DNA of 64,000 bases. It comes from Isurus oxyrinchus. Lineage: Eukaryota. Both the position numbers and the translations under genes were made by a program. The stretch is taken from the NCBI GenBank assembly GCA_026770705.1, contig JANJGN010000402.1, positions 310,001 through 374,000 of the forward strand, read 5' to 3'. Below are positions 26,680 to 39,799 of the stretch, one piece after another. Every line of letters begins with the position of its first letter. The stretch's first letter is position 1. The notes below the pieces were generated by a model that saw only the letters and a list, made by a program, of their open reading frames with translations, did no database searches and was not told where the DNA came from.

Positions 26680-27930
26680 CAGATTGGGGCAGAGGTGTCA
26701 GGGATCTGATATGTTTAGTTACGTCAATGGTTCAGTCGATTGATCTGGCAGCCGTTGATCTGAAGTTTCGGACCTTGAACTCCAGGCTTAAGGAAATCTT
26801 AGAACTGGGACAGGGAATTCATAATGCCCAATTAAACACAGACCAAGACATAACACTATTAATCCAAAACCTGGCTACCGTGCACGAAGGTCATGCTTGG
26901 ACTATCAATAAACTGATCGGTATAGTAAAACAGATTTTAGATGATGCAAACTGAAATGTTGTTTGTAGCAGCTATGGATGCTGGGCATTGGAAAACCCCG
27001 AGAGAATTTAAGACTGATTAATGTTCGTTTATGGTTAACTAATGAAAATTAATTTTATATTTCACTACATGATGGTCATGACTTGACTGGTATCCAGCTC
27101 AGAGGTTTAACAGTGAACACAGCATGAAGTTTGAAATAATATTGAAAAAATATGCCAAATGATATTGTCACAATGATAACTGATATAACTATGTTAACAA
27201 CTGAAAGATTAATGCATGGAGAAGATAAGGGGAGATAAGGAGTGGGGGTCACTATATTAGGTACCATAACATTCCGCCGCATGCAGCAGACATAGAAGGG
27301 AATATATGTAGCACAATATTAGAAGGGTGTAATATACAGAAAGCAACAGTTTTATGTACATATTTAATATATGAGGCAAAAAAGCAAGGTGTGCATATAA
27401 AGCGGCAACAAAATTGTACAACTGTAACCAAGTGAGCTCGGAATGAAATGGGCCATGGGGCACACGTGGGGAATGGGAGATTTTGTATTACCTTGTGACA
27501 GCAAAAGATCCAATATGGGAGCAAGCGGATATGCCCCATTCACAATCATACAGTGTGCTTGCTTGTGCAAGCGCCAGCATGGTTAGGGAAAGTGAAACTG
27601 GCCGAAATATATAACTTAATAACGACTACTGTTCAGGTAAAGGAAAGCATTAAGGATACGCTAAAACATTAATTTAACCATTTGTTCTATTTAATTCCCT
27701 ACCAGATCAGTTTTCCGCGATTCATAAAATGGTTCAGCAAATATTTGGGACACTACAAGAGGATATCGAACAAAGTGGTTTCTCTGCATGGTGCTGGTGT
27801 AATTGGATCACAAAGGGACAAATACGCTGGTGGATTCGGATTATCTCCCACGCCCTATGTGTGATTCACCGGATATTATTTATATATACTTGATTCATCG
27901 GAACCGAATGTCACAGAAGATATAGCGCTC
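26680..27930 (+). pseudogene. env: Decayed env-like fusion-protein TM subunit
   Basis: Heptad-like TSMVQSIDLAAVDLKFRTLNSRLKEIL..HEGHAWTINKLI; Cys-rich GHYIRYHNIPP..LEGC..VLC..GNGRFCIT..ICPI..VC; C-terminal WWIRIISHALCVIHRILFIYLI just upstream of the PPT. Confidence 0.65.
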
Positions 27931-28983
27931 GTGGATTTTTAACATTCGGAGAAGAAGTTTTTAAGCCAGCGTCCTGAAGGGCCAGACGATACAAATGATC
28001 TGACCAGATCTTCTACAATCCAAAGTTGGAGGTTGGTCAGCATTAATTGGCGGCGCTTCTTAAAGGAACGGAGAGTACCCCTCTTTGCCAAGGGCTAAAG
28101 GTGGGGGTGGTGGCAAGACGGTTAGTGGGGAAAAAAAAACATGAGAATTCATTATAAGAGAATAATATCCTTAAATTTGAATCTACAGGTATGCCAGCAC
28201 AAAAGAGTAAAGCAAACGGTAAAAGTTAAACTCCATGAACTTCGTAAATCCTCAAGAATTGCTATCAGCAGCAAAGCCCTGGAAGCCATAATACACATTA
28301 ACTAATTAAGAAAATGATAGTTTGGGTGATTGGGGAGTCAGGCTGGAGAATTAGGTTGGAAACTATTTAAGATTAAGTGTGCTCTTCTACAGGTAGGTGA
28401 AAGACAAGTGGTCCCAGCTTAGATAGAAGAGGATTTCTCCAACTGGGTGAAGAGTGGGATGCAACTGATGCCAGGGATGTACGTGATCATTGAAGTATAA
28501 TTATGTGAAACCCTTGTAATTTAGCAGAGCGCTATCTCAAGCTGCATTGAGGTGGTTCTTTCCTTGCAGCTGTTCGAATAAACTTTTGTGACCTATTCCT
28601 GGGACTATCGTCGCCCGTTTGTCAATGATAAATCACGAAATTTATTTTCCTACACTGATTTATCATCAGTTATCATCACAGATATGTTCCTCTCGCACTT
28701 GCCGGCGTGTGGTGCTTGGGGCCTCACTGTGAGAAAATACACACATAATTTTTAAAAGTAATCTGTAACCACGCTTTAATGAGTGTGAATTCAGTGACTT
28801 TAAAGAACGTGGGAGCGCTCGATGTTAAAGTTGTTAACGTGAAGATATCATAATTCAAAACTAAAGATGGGATCTTAGACAATGCGATGGAATGATGGTT
28901 TAACGATTTTTCAATTCGGATTATTGAGGTCCTAGAGTTCGTTCTCACTAACGTTGAGCATCTCAATCCAATGGCACGTGAAG

Positions 28984-29520
28984 GTGAGAGACAGAGCGTG
29001 ACAGAGAAAGAAAGATGGGTTGGGTGAATGTGTGTTGGAGATTACGAGAAGAGGAAGAGAGCATGGGAATGACAGAGAGACAGGTAAAGGAGAAATTGAG
29101 TCAAAAGTGTGAGGCGTAGTGAGAAAACAGCGTTTGAGCGGAGGAATATGAGATAGGGTAGAGCGAGACAGACAACAACAGACGGAGAGGGAGAGAGAGT
29201 GAGAGAGAGATGGAAGCATTGAGGAAACAGAGGAGGAGGGAAGAATGGAGAGAGAGAGATGGAAGAAAGCGTGAGAGAGACAGAGAGAGGGAGATAGAGA
29301 GTCAGAGAGACACATTGAGAAAGATAAGAGAGATGGAGGAAACAATGAGAGGGACAAAGAAGTATGCAGACAAAGCACAGAGAGAGGAAAGATCGAGTTA
29401 ACAGTAACAGGGGCGGGGAGAGAGGGTGACAGAGAGAAAAAAACGAGATTGTACGGATTGATGGAAACACTGATGAAGAAGGACACATCGAAGAACAAAT
29501 GGAGGATAGAGGCTGAAGGG
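28984..29520. repeat. GA-rich low-complexity tract
   Basis: Degenerate (GA)n / gagagac. Confidence 0.9.
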
Positions 29521-30039
29521 AAAAATTAGTATCTTGTGATTTGGGATCGATGTGCAATTTCCCAAATGTGCCACTCTCCCTGGTGCTTCTGGCTGTAGGA
29601 ATTTGCTGCGCACAATTCCCTGCTGCAGTTTTTTTATTGCACTGCATATTTAATAAACGCTATAATTCATTCACTTGCACAATCTTTCCATGAGCCTTGG
29701 ATTAAGCCTCGAAATGTGATGCGGCTCTTTAAATGTGTGTTTCATACACAGATAATTCCTGGGGTTTAGGCCGTGTGAAATGTTGGCAGTTGGTGGTGCG
29801 CCTGATGTGGGGATGTTTTTTGAAAGCCGCCAACAGTTTCATCCCACACTCCAATTTTAAAGTTAGAATGCAGAAAAGTCTGAAGGTTGTGTCCTTTCCC
29901 CCAGTCCCGCACAACTTCCCCCCACTTCCTCAAACCTCTAGGTAATTTAGTGATATATATAAAATATGACCTCACATATGTGTGTCATTATTAATGTTGT
30001 GAGTTGGAAACCCTTGGGAGCGCATATCCATCATGATTA

Positions 30040-30740
30040 GCACAATATCGGGTGGAAAGCCGCAAAATACATCAAATCGAATGAGGAGGTATGGGATCTG
30101 GTGCAATTTAAGGGAGACGGCCAATCCTGGAATGAGAGGCTAAAGGATGAAATCAATCGCTTGCGTAAATGTTTGCAAAATGTCAAATGGAATTCAATCC
30201 TGTGAACTGTGAGGTGCTGCCTTTGGGGAGGGCAAGCAAAGCAGATGTGTAGGTGAATTGAGAGACATTGTTAACAGATTCCTCATGGTTGGAAACGTGG
30301 ACAAGTTCATAAAGAGAGCATACAGATTTTGTTTTTATTGGACGAGGTTTTGAATACAATAGCATGGATGTAACATTGGAAATGTAATTTAAAAAAAAAT
30401 GAAGGCTTGCCATAGATGGATTATGTGTTGTATAAATCAGACCACTGCATTACTATATGTTTTTCTGTAGAGAGTACGGAGGAGATTTGCATGTATGTTT
30501 CCAAAGGCTGGACAATTGCAGCTTTAAGGAATATGTTTATAGACTCGTTCTCTTGGAACTGATGGGGCTGAGAGGAGACACAATTGAGGTGGACACTATC
30601 ATAAGATGTCGAGTTAGGGTAGACAGTAACGACAGTTATTCCAGGCGGAGAATTCAATAAACAGGTGGTACAAGTTCAAGGAAATTGGTAGAAGGATTAG
30701 AGTTGACAAGAGAAAAAACGATTTCGCCAGTGCATGAATC
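30040..30740 (+). mobile_element. CR1 3' ORF2 fragment
   Basis: QMEFNPVNCEVLPLGRAS, LRGDTIEV motifs; resumes briefly at 31464 (acccagag). Confidence 0.75.
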
Positions 30741-31463
30741 TATTACTATCAACAATATCATAGGCCATATTTTTGTTTTAAAATTGGTCTTTAATCTGTG
30801 GACGTGTCCGGACTTGGTTAAAGCCCGTTAGTTAGGGTGTTTTGATTTGCATCTTTTGAATATAGTATTCAAGAAGAGGGGCGAATGCTAACGCCCATCT
30901 AGCAGATAACAAACCATATTTTTTGCATTAATATTAAAATAGATGCGATGAAAGGGGTGTTATTGTTAGAGTGGTTTCGTTCAGACTTTTGGGATTTGAG
31001 GAGAATTTACATTCCATGGGGCTGGTAGATATACATTCAGAACTTTTGTGTGTTCAGGGCAGGGAGAATGTTAGATCAAAAGGCAGCTCGAAGCATCCAA
31101 CTGTCGCCACAGGAACGAAATTGAAAGCAAACTTATTTTGAATGTGAGTTAAAAATGCTGCGAATGGTTTTGATTAAATCTGTGGGTCACTCGCTGTTGC
31201 CTTAATAGAGTTTAGTTTGAGAATTTGTTAACAGTAATGATAGTAGTAATTTGTAGCCATGTGCATAAATAATTTAACCTGAGTATATTAATAAAATGCT
31301 GCATTTGACTTAAAGTAAAATCTCGAGAACTGGTTGTCCTTTTGCTGAAAGTAGAATCACTCATCAAACATAACACTTAAACGTACAGGTTATGACAGTC
31401 GTTTACTGTTTCCCTCGGGGATTTTAAAATAAACTGGCTGTACCAGCTGCATTAGTCATAACA
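30741..31463 (+). mobile_element. Probable solo LTR inserted in CR1
   Basis: About 720-bp non-coding block interrupting the CR1; ends gtcataaca; aataaa near 31290; 5' end degenerate and TSD not resolved. Confidence 0.5.
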
Positions 31464-31679
31464 ACCCAGAGTTGTTGGAATTAATGAGCCTTGAAACAAA
31501 CGAATGGAGGATGTACCGTAATAAAATGTGTGGGTGGGGGCGGGGGGTGGGGGGTTGTGGTGGCGGGGTGCATGGGTGTAGAGAAGGAGAAAGACAAATG
31601 CTAAGTATGAGCCATAAATTCAGGCGTCAACAATTAAACAAAAATAATATTTCTCTGTACATTTGCTTGTGAGTATGAG

Positions 31680-32270
31680 ATTCTCCATCTCGCTATCTCT
31701 AACTCGTGCTCAGTGTTTCTTGCTCTACTCTATTTACCTCTATCTCACCGTCACTTCCAATCTCTCAATTTCCTTCTCTTCCTTTCTCACTCCATTTCAC
31801 TTTATGTGACTGTCCTTGTCCCTCGAACTATTTCACTCTTTCTCGCTCTGTCTTCCCCCTCTTTAACTGCCCCGGCTCCTTATATTTCTACATCTCTCTC
31901 GCTCTCTCTTGTGTTCCACCTGGCTATATATTTCTGTCTTGCTCGCTCCCTCATTCTGTCTCTCTCTCCCACTCTGTCTCACTCTCTCCATCTCTCTTTG
32001 TCGCACTACCTTCCTCCCTCCAGCTTTCTGTTTCTCTAAATCTGTCTGTATGTTTCTCTCTCCGCCTCTATCTGTCTTTCAATTCTTCCCTCCTACTCTG
32101 CTATCTCTCCTTCTTTGACTGTGTTCCAATTTATCTCTGTCTCACCAAAATCCTCTTTAACCCCCAATGTTGACCGTGGGTTTGTCGCCGAACTCTTACC
32201 CTCCAACTCTCTTTCTCTTTATGACCTGAAATCCTTCCACCATTCACCCCCCCCCCCCGACCCCCCCTGC
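31680..32270. repeat. CT-rich low-complexity tract
   Basis: Degenerate (CT)n. Confidence 0.9.
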
Positions 32271-32659
32271 CGTGCTCTCTGGGTATTTTCTTCCCATTTT
32301 CTGATAGAAGGATCCTCCTCCAATCAATGTGAGATATCGCAGTGATGGAGAGGGAGCTTGGCCAATGCGCGTGCAGACCTGTCACGAGTTGGTCATATGT
32401 GTTCCATCAGAGACTGATAACAATGATGGACTAGCAACACAGTCAATTGATCGACAGAGCTGCTAGGGGTCGGCTTTTTTCCTATGCAGTCAATCTGTGG
32501 GATCAAGGTGACGGAAAGGAAGTCAATGCACTTGGGCTATGGGTTCTTCAGACGTGGTTATCATGTAAAATCACTGACCGATGTTGATGATGGAAGGCTG
32601 TCCGGCAAATTTGGTGGGTGCTTTGAAGGGGGAGGGTAAGGGGGTGAGGGGACAGTCAC

Positions 32660-33245
32660 TTTATAGTGTGTGTTTTTATGCCAAGTTAGCAAGTCCTATC
32701 CATGACCAGGAGATGACCGGCAAATGGGAGGATAGAAATGGTCAGAGGTGGTTATTATCTGTGCAATAAGCAAGGGATATCAATCGTGAACAGACAGCCC
32801 AGCCAATGGGAGGGCTGAAGTGTTAGGAGTTTTCATATTTTTCTCTCTAATCAGAGAGAGTCAGCGGGAAATTGTAGAGCAAATGTGTCCACAATTTCCA
32901 GAGCTGTGTAAAAGCAATGCAAATAGGTTAATTACATTTCTTGATTTCAACTTTTAAGAAGTAATTTGGATTGAAATTGTGTTGAGGGTTTGATGTAGTG
33001 GATTTCTTGAAATGTGTCCAGGAGAACTTGAAGGTCAATATATAAAGGGTCCAACAAAGGAGGAAGCAGTGCTAGATCAAACTTTAGGGAACACAGCCGG
33101 ATAGCTCGTTGAGGTTGTAGCTGTTGAGCATTTTAGTGATAGTGAGCACAACATGGTACAGTTGAAGTTTGTTTTGGTCAAAGAAATAGACTGGTTGCAA
33201 AAAATGTTTTGGCATGGTGCAGACTGGATTTTAGTAATATAAGGC
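32660..33245 (+). mobile_element. Old CR1 APE fragment
   Basis: FLKCVQEN, PTKEEAVLD, FSDSEHNMV motifs. Confidence 0.7.
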
Positions 33246-33269
33246 ACTTTACTTACTCCCTCCCAATAT

Positions 33270-34500
33270 TTCAACCATTCCGCCTTTGAGTTTCATTTTC
33301 TTGTAAATGGACAGCCCTAATGCCTTTCTTGTTTGCGTGAAAAATCAAACTAAGTTGCTTGGCATAATTAACTACAGCCAGAATTGGTGCGGTAGTTAAC
33401 ACAGTTTTCTCACTTTGAATTGACTTCTGGCTCTCCAGTGTCTAATAAATCTTTCTGTTGTTTGTTATTAGGTAAATCAATGGAGCAACCACACTGCTAA
33501 AACTTGATGAAGAAATTCAGGTGAAACCCACTCATGCTCAGGATTCCCAAAACTATTCGTTTTTGTTACAGACCTGCAACATCTCTCTGAGCCATCTTAC
33601 CATGCCCAATGCCATAGCCTAGGTATGTGATTTGCACTTTTGCAAGGTCACATTCAGCCAATTTCATGATCAAATTAGCTCATTGAATTCGACTTGATAA
33701 TTCATCCAGATGCTCTAAATGGTCCTACCACACTTGACTGGAAACTACCGAGTTGCCTCTACAAAAGGGACAATTGCTCAGTCCTGCAATTATTTTGTTT
33801 GTCAGTCTTTGAAATGTTGCAAGTGCAATATTATCACTCCAAATGGCCTGACTTTAAAGAGATATAGTCTATTTCGCGTCACAAAAGCCAATATCTGCTT
33901 GGCTTTCTCAGATAATGTTTCGTGCCAATATCCCGTCAGTAAGTTAATTGGTGATCACTTGTATTTGTCCCACTTTGTTAATTCAAACTTCCAACCCTGG
34001 TTTCAGATTTGAATCCGCTGCATTTACGTTTGAATAATCAGCCCACAGCCTGTGTTTTCCACTGTTTTCAGTACCATTACCATTGAGTAATTCCACTTAC
34101 TGTGACTGGACTCAATTATGTCAATTTAAAATATGATTTCAATTTATTTCAGTACTTGTGATAATGCTGTCAGATTTAATATATCAGGCGTTATTCAAGT
34201 TGGACCTTCTACACAGACATCACATTTAGCTAAATGTGTTCTCGATGTTGAATCCCACAAATAGATTTGCCTGACTGCAATCGTATTGCCAAATCACTCT
34301 GACAGTTCTCTGTAAGTTAACTCAATATTACCTACACATTTTCAATTCACCCCTCATTATCCAATTTGCTTAGTGGATAATTAATTTCAAAAGGCTTCAT
34401 TTCTACTTCTTCATTTTAATCTACCAGCATTAATATATAATGTTGTTCATGCTCCCTCTCAAAGTGCATTTTAAGCCTATTTACATCGCAAACCTCTGCT
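33270..34500 (-). pseudogene. Gypsy (Gmr1-like) RT / RNase H remnant, copy 1
   Basis: LLTGYWHETLSEKAKQILAFVT, ATFQRLTNKIIAGLSNC, ANLIMKLAECDLAKVQITYLGY, VLTTAPILA. Confidence 0.85.
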
Positions 34501-34509
34501 TCTTCCTAT

Positions 34510-36310
34510 GTACACTGAGACACTCGAAGGGGATAATGTTTAAAAACTTAAACACTCCCCGGGGATCCCCTATAAATGCTAATACCATCTCAGGTGATCC
34601 CCTATGAATAATGCAGCACTCCCCGAGGATCCAATATGCAGTATAAGACAATTTGCGAAATCCCCTATGGACACTGACCCATTCCCAGGTTTTCCACTAT
34701 AAATAGCGACTCACTCCCCTGGAACCCGCTACAAATGCTGAGGCACACTGCTGGGAATCCGTGGAAATATGATCACACTGCATGGGGTTCTCCAGTAAAT
34801 ACCGAGTACACCCCGCCGATTCCCTATAACTACTAAAACGTTTCACAGGGAAGCGCTACAAACACTGACAAACTGCCCTGACACAACTAATAGGAACTGA
34901 GGCATTCGCCGGGCAAACCTTTTAAATGCTGCCAAACTCTGAAGAGATCACCTTTAAAATATGGCACGGTCCAAGAGGATACCTTATTAATTCTGATAAA
35001 ATCCCCGGTGACACCTATAAATACACCACATTTCCTGGGGATCAGCCATAAACACTGTATCACTCCCGAAGGATAGCATATGAATAAAGATACTGCTCCC
35101 CTATAAGTTTTGACATGCTCTGTGTGGTTCCATGCAAAATGCTGAGGCAGCCCCTTTTAAATAGAAATACACTCCCAGAGGAACCCTGTATATAATCATA
35201 TGCACCCTGGCGATCACATTTTAATACACAGACATTCCCCCGGATTGGCAACAAATACTGACACAGTATCCTGAGAAATACTATCAATGCCCAGATGCTA
35301 TCCAGGAATTAACTTTAAACAATGATGAAATCACACAGGATCCACAGTATAAACTGAGACACTACCGAGGATCAATTGTACATACTCAGATACTCGCCGA
35401 GGACTCCCATAAATGTTGACGCCAGCCACATTGATTTTCAGTACATACTAGATATTTTTTCCGAGTATCCTCTATTATTATTGAGACACTTTACTGTATT
35501 ATCTGTAAATACTTCAACACTCATTGGGGACCTCCCATAAATACTGAGGCACTCACCAGAGATTGCACAGAAATACTGATAAGCTCGCCAGTGATCCATT
35601 GAAAACACTGCAACAATCCTTGGAGAAGCCCAATAGACCCCTAAAAATAGTGACACACTCCGCCGATATCACCTATAAATACTAATACAGTCCGTGTAGA
35701 ATCCCCTGTGTGTGCAGACACACTGCCCAGAAAACATTTTTAACACTGAGACAAACCCCGGGATCAATTATGAAAAAGAGAAACACTCCCTGTGGATCGC
35801 CTAAAATACTGGGTTAACCAAGGGTGTCTTGTTCATATACTAAGATATTGCTCGGGGAACTAATATAAAAAAGAGACACGCCCAGAGGATCCCCAATAAA
35901 CACTGACATACAGCCTGGGGATTGCATACAAATATTGAGAATCTGCCCGTGGATCCATGATTAATGCTGATGCACACCCCGGGGATCCCTGTAAATACTG
36001 AGGCACATTCCGCGGTCCCACATAAATAGAGAGACGCAGACTGGGGATCAAAATTTAATGTTCAGACACACCTCGGTAAGACATGTAACTACTGAGACGC
36101 ACCAAGTAATCAACTATTCATACTGAGAAACTTCTGGGAAATGGCCTTTAAATTCCCTAGCACTCACAGGAGATTGCATTTTAATACTGACAAGCACCCT
36201 GATGACCACTATAAATACTGATGACCTGCTCATTCCCCCCGCCACTGAACCCGGCGATCACTATAAATAGAGATGACCTGCCCCGCGATCACCAACAAAC
36301 ACTGAGACCC
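34510..36310. repeat. Degenerate 31-32 bp minisatellite, block 1
   Basis: Consensus approximately ACTGACACACTCCCCAGGGATCCCCTGTAAAT. Confidence 0.9.
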
Positions 36311-36399
36311 TTCACCGGTGGTCCGAATTAAACAGTGAGGGGCTGCTTGGGTGTTATTCACTTCAGAGGGAGTACAGCTGCATTAACTTGCTGGGGATT

Positions 36400-39300
36400 A
36401 AGAATGACCTCTCATTTAATGCCAGGAGCATTACAGTTGAAACGGTTGAGTTAAACATAAGAATTGAATCTTGAAATTGATATATAGTATCCGTCACAGA
36501 AACGTGGTTGAGGAAGAGACAGGAGTGGCAACTCAAAATTCTAAGTATTGGATCCTCAGACGAGAAAGGGGCAGGAGTAAAGAGGAGGAGTCATTTCATT
36601 AGTACTGAAGTAGTCAGTTACTGCAATATGGACAGATGATATTTTGAAGGAGGCATCGAATGAAGCTTTGTGGGTAGTGCGTAGGAATAAAAAAGGTGCA
36701 GCCACATTGTTAGCTTGGAACCCAGATAGAAAGTGGAATATTGAGGAGCAAAAATGTGCACAATTTGTGGTGGTGCATAGGAAAAATAACATAGTGTAAT
36801 TATATTTGTTGATTACAAAAGTAGGGAGGTTACGTTACAAAAGTTGGGAGGTAATGGTGGAGTTGTATAGAACCTTGGTGAGGCAATAGCTGGAGTGCTG
36901 TGTGCCGTTCAGGTCGTCACATTAGAGGAAGGATGCGATTACACTGGAGTGGGTGCAGTGGAGATTCAGACAATGTTCCCTGGGATTAATCATTTAAGTT
37001 ATGAAGAGATGTTGCTTTCTTGGGTTGTTTTCATTGGAGCAGAGAAGCTGATGGGCGACCTGATCGACTTTAACAAGACTACGCTCGGCATGGACAGGGT
37101 GGTTAGGGAGCAGCTGTTCCCCTTAGCTGAATGGTCAAACACAAGGGAGCATAGGTTCAAGGAAAGGAGCTGGAGGCTTATTGGGTTGTGAGGAAATACC
37201 TTTTTACTCAGAAGGAGGTAAAGTTCTGGAATGGCCTGCTTGGGAGGGTGTTTGATAGCAGGATGCCTCACATCCTTTAAAAAACACCTGGATGAGAACT
37301 TGGTACGTCATAACATTCAAGGCTATTGGGCCAAGTGCTGGTAAATGGGATTAAGTAAGTAATGCAGGTATCCCTCACATTTTGCTGCAGACTCAATAAG
37401 CCGAAGGGCCTTTACTGCACTTTAATTCTGTAATTCTCTCTCTGAACCTGTGAATCTGTGACTCTGTGATTTCAGCCTTCCCTACATTAATTGGGGTCCA
37501 TATAGTTTTAAGGGCTTGAAACGAGTGAATTGCTTGAAATTTGCAGAAGACAACAATTTATCTAAATGGTCCAACAGGTGATTGAATCCGGAAAGGTGGC
37601 TGAGGTGTTGGCGGAGGAGCATTTTCGTAATAGTGACCAAACAATGCCATAAATTAAGCTTGATTTGGATATAGAAATGGATAGGTTGCAAAAAATATAT
37701 ATTTTGGTCTAGGGGAGAGCGAATTTTAGTAAAATAAGGCTGAATGTGGCCAAGATAGATTGAGAACAGATTCTTGTGGGGAAATCTACAGAAAGTCAAT
37801 GGGGGGCATTCATAAAGGAAATGGGGAGGGCAGATTATGAACCGTTTCTGTTTCGGGTGACAGGAACTATTATCAAACCTTGAGAACCAATGTTGACCAG
37901 AGATATTCAGAATACAATGAGATGGAAAAGAGAGGCTTTTGGCTGGCACACGGCGAGTTAAACAGCGGATAATTTATTGAAGTACAGAAATTGCAGGTTA
38001 TAACTAAAGAAAACAATTCGGAGAGTAAAGTGGGAATATGAGAATTCTCTGGCTGGCAAAAGTAGCGGAAAACTCAAGATATTCCATATGTATATCAATC
38101 TGAGGAGGAAAACCAGGGAAAGAGAAGGGCCCATTTGTTACCAAGGTGGGAATCTCTGGGTGGACTCAAAGGACATCATTAATGTTTTGAACAATTACTT
38201 CACATTTGTCTTCACCCAAGAGAATGAGGATGATGTTTCGAAGTCAGGGAGAGCAGCTGCGAGACACTGAAACAATTTTACATTGGGACTAAAACTGTAT
38301 TGGAGTTTGTGGCAGGCTTATATGAGGACAAATCACCACATCCAGCTGATTTGTGTCCCATACTGCTGAGGGAGGCAAGGAAGGAGATAGCAGGGGCTCA
38401 GACCCAAATTTCTTATTCCTCTCTGGTCACAGGTGACGTGGGCGGAGACTGAATAAATACCAACGTGGTTCTGTTATTTATGAAGTTTTGCACAGATAAG
38501 CTACGGACCTACAGGCCATTAGATCTCAAGTCAGTGTTAGGGAAACTATTGGAGAAAATGCTGAAGGAAAATCTATCTCCACTGGGAAACGCAATGTTTG
38601 ATCAGGGGTACTTACCTTGGCTTTGTCAGAGGGAAGTCATGACATTATATTTAATTGAAATATTTGACGAGGTGACCAGGTGTGCAGATGATCTTAGTGC
38701 AGTTCATGTATTTTATACATTTTTCAGCAAAGACTGTGAAAGGTCCGACATGGGAGACTTAAAAAAGAAGACCGCTGCAGAAGGGATACAGGGTAATTTG
38801 ATGACGCGGATACAAAATTGGCTTAGGTTAAAGAGACAAAGGGTGATGACAATAGGATGCTTTAGTGATTACAAACCAGTTTCCTTGCCATACCACAGGG
38901 AGCTGGGCTGCGACCCCTATTATTCTTCATTTATATAAGCAATATGTCTATGTGGGTAGTAGCATTAAAAAGTTTTTTGGATGACACAACGATTCTCTGG
39001 TTGGTTAACAGTGAGGTTGAGATTCCCAAGCTGCAGGAAGATAGAGACGGAATGGGGATTGGGAAGCTAAGTGGCATATGGAATTGGACCCTGAAATGTT
39101 TCAGGTTCTCCACTTTGGAATGAATAATTTGAGAAGGAAGTATTCAATGAACAGCATTACACTAGGAAGTTCTGAGGCACAAATGGACCTTAGTGTGTGT
39201 GCCCATAGATCTCACGTTGGAGTTGAAGAAACATGGTGAGGTCACAGCTGGAGTACTGTGTGCAGTTCTGGTCGTCATATTATAATAAAAAAGATTGCCC

Positions 39301-39790
39301 TGGAGGCTGTACAGGAGCTTCATCAGAATGTTCCTTGAATGAAACATTTAAGCTACGAAGGGAGGCAGTGCAGACTTTGGTTGTTTCCGTTAAAACAGAA
39401 TAGGTTGAGGTGCGAATTGATCGAGGTGCAGAAGATTATGAGGGGCATCGGCAGGGTGGATAGGGAGCAGCAGTTCTTCTTGTTTGAAGGGTCACTCAAA
39501 AGGGGGCATATATTATTGGCGAGAGGCAGGATGTTTAGGGGGATGTGAGGAAAAAACTTTTTATCCAGAGGCTGGTGACTGTCTGGAAAGTTCTGCCTGG
39601 GAGGTAGGTAGAGGCAGAGGTTGTCTCACATATTTTCAAAAGTACGTGGATAATCACTTGGCACATCATAGTATTCAAGGCAATGGACCAACTTTTGGTA
39701 AACGAGATTAAGTAGGTAGGTCAGGTATTTCTCACATGATGGTGCAGAGTCGATGGACCGAAGGGCCTCTTCTGCACGCTGTGATTCTGT
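36400..39790 (+). mobile_element. Long CR1 ORF2 with a nested CR1 3' fragment at about 36815-37470
   Basis: APE IVSVTETWL; APE resumes after the nested tail (ctgtgaatctgtgactctgtgatt); RT YRPLDLKSVLGKLLE; tail ctgtgattctgt at 39780. Confidence 0.9.
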
Positions 39791-39799
39791 AACGTACTA

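Larger units (their letters stand above)
24704..28640 (+). mobile_element. Old pol-less LTR retroelement / ERV, class III- or ERV4-like, env-bearing
   Basis: Diverged LTRs 24704-25161 and 28108-28640 (shared agattaagtg..ctcttc.acaggta, gcttagatagaag, ttgtaatttagcag); PBS; PPT aaaggtggggg 28097-28107; 5-bp TSD tttat (24699-24703, 28641-28645). Confidence 0.85.
28684..32620 (+). pseudogene. Candidate decayed MHC class I-like gene (exon-like blocks 28737-28983, 29752-29941, 32308-32620)
   Basis: Block 1: 82 codons from IHT to a phase-1 G|GTGAGA donor. Block 2: cacag| ... |gtaatt containing LMWGCFL. Block 3: polypyrimidine acceptor then DPPPINV..TCH..F..RLITM..(TAG)Q..LSCKI..W, an Ig C1 pattern. 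Stops and frameshifts present. Confidence 0.35.

Noticed and set aside
28960-28985. CCAAT plus CACGTG promoter-like motif (also ccaat near 32362)
   Set aside because: Short motifs expected by chance, with no associated intact gene.
28932-32173. Long Leu/Ser-rich ORFs; GA and CT tracts as an inverted repeat pair
   Set aside because: Low-complexity artefacts; the tracts match only in composition, not by specific alignment.
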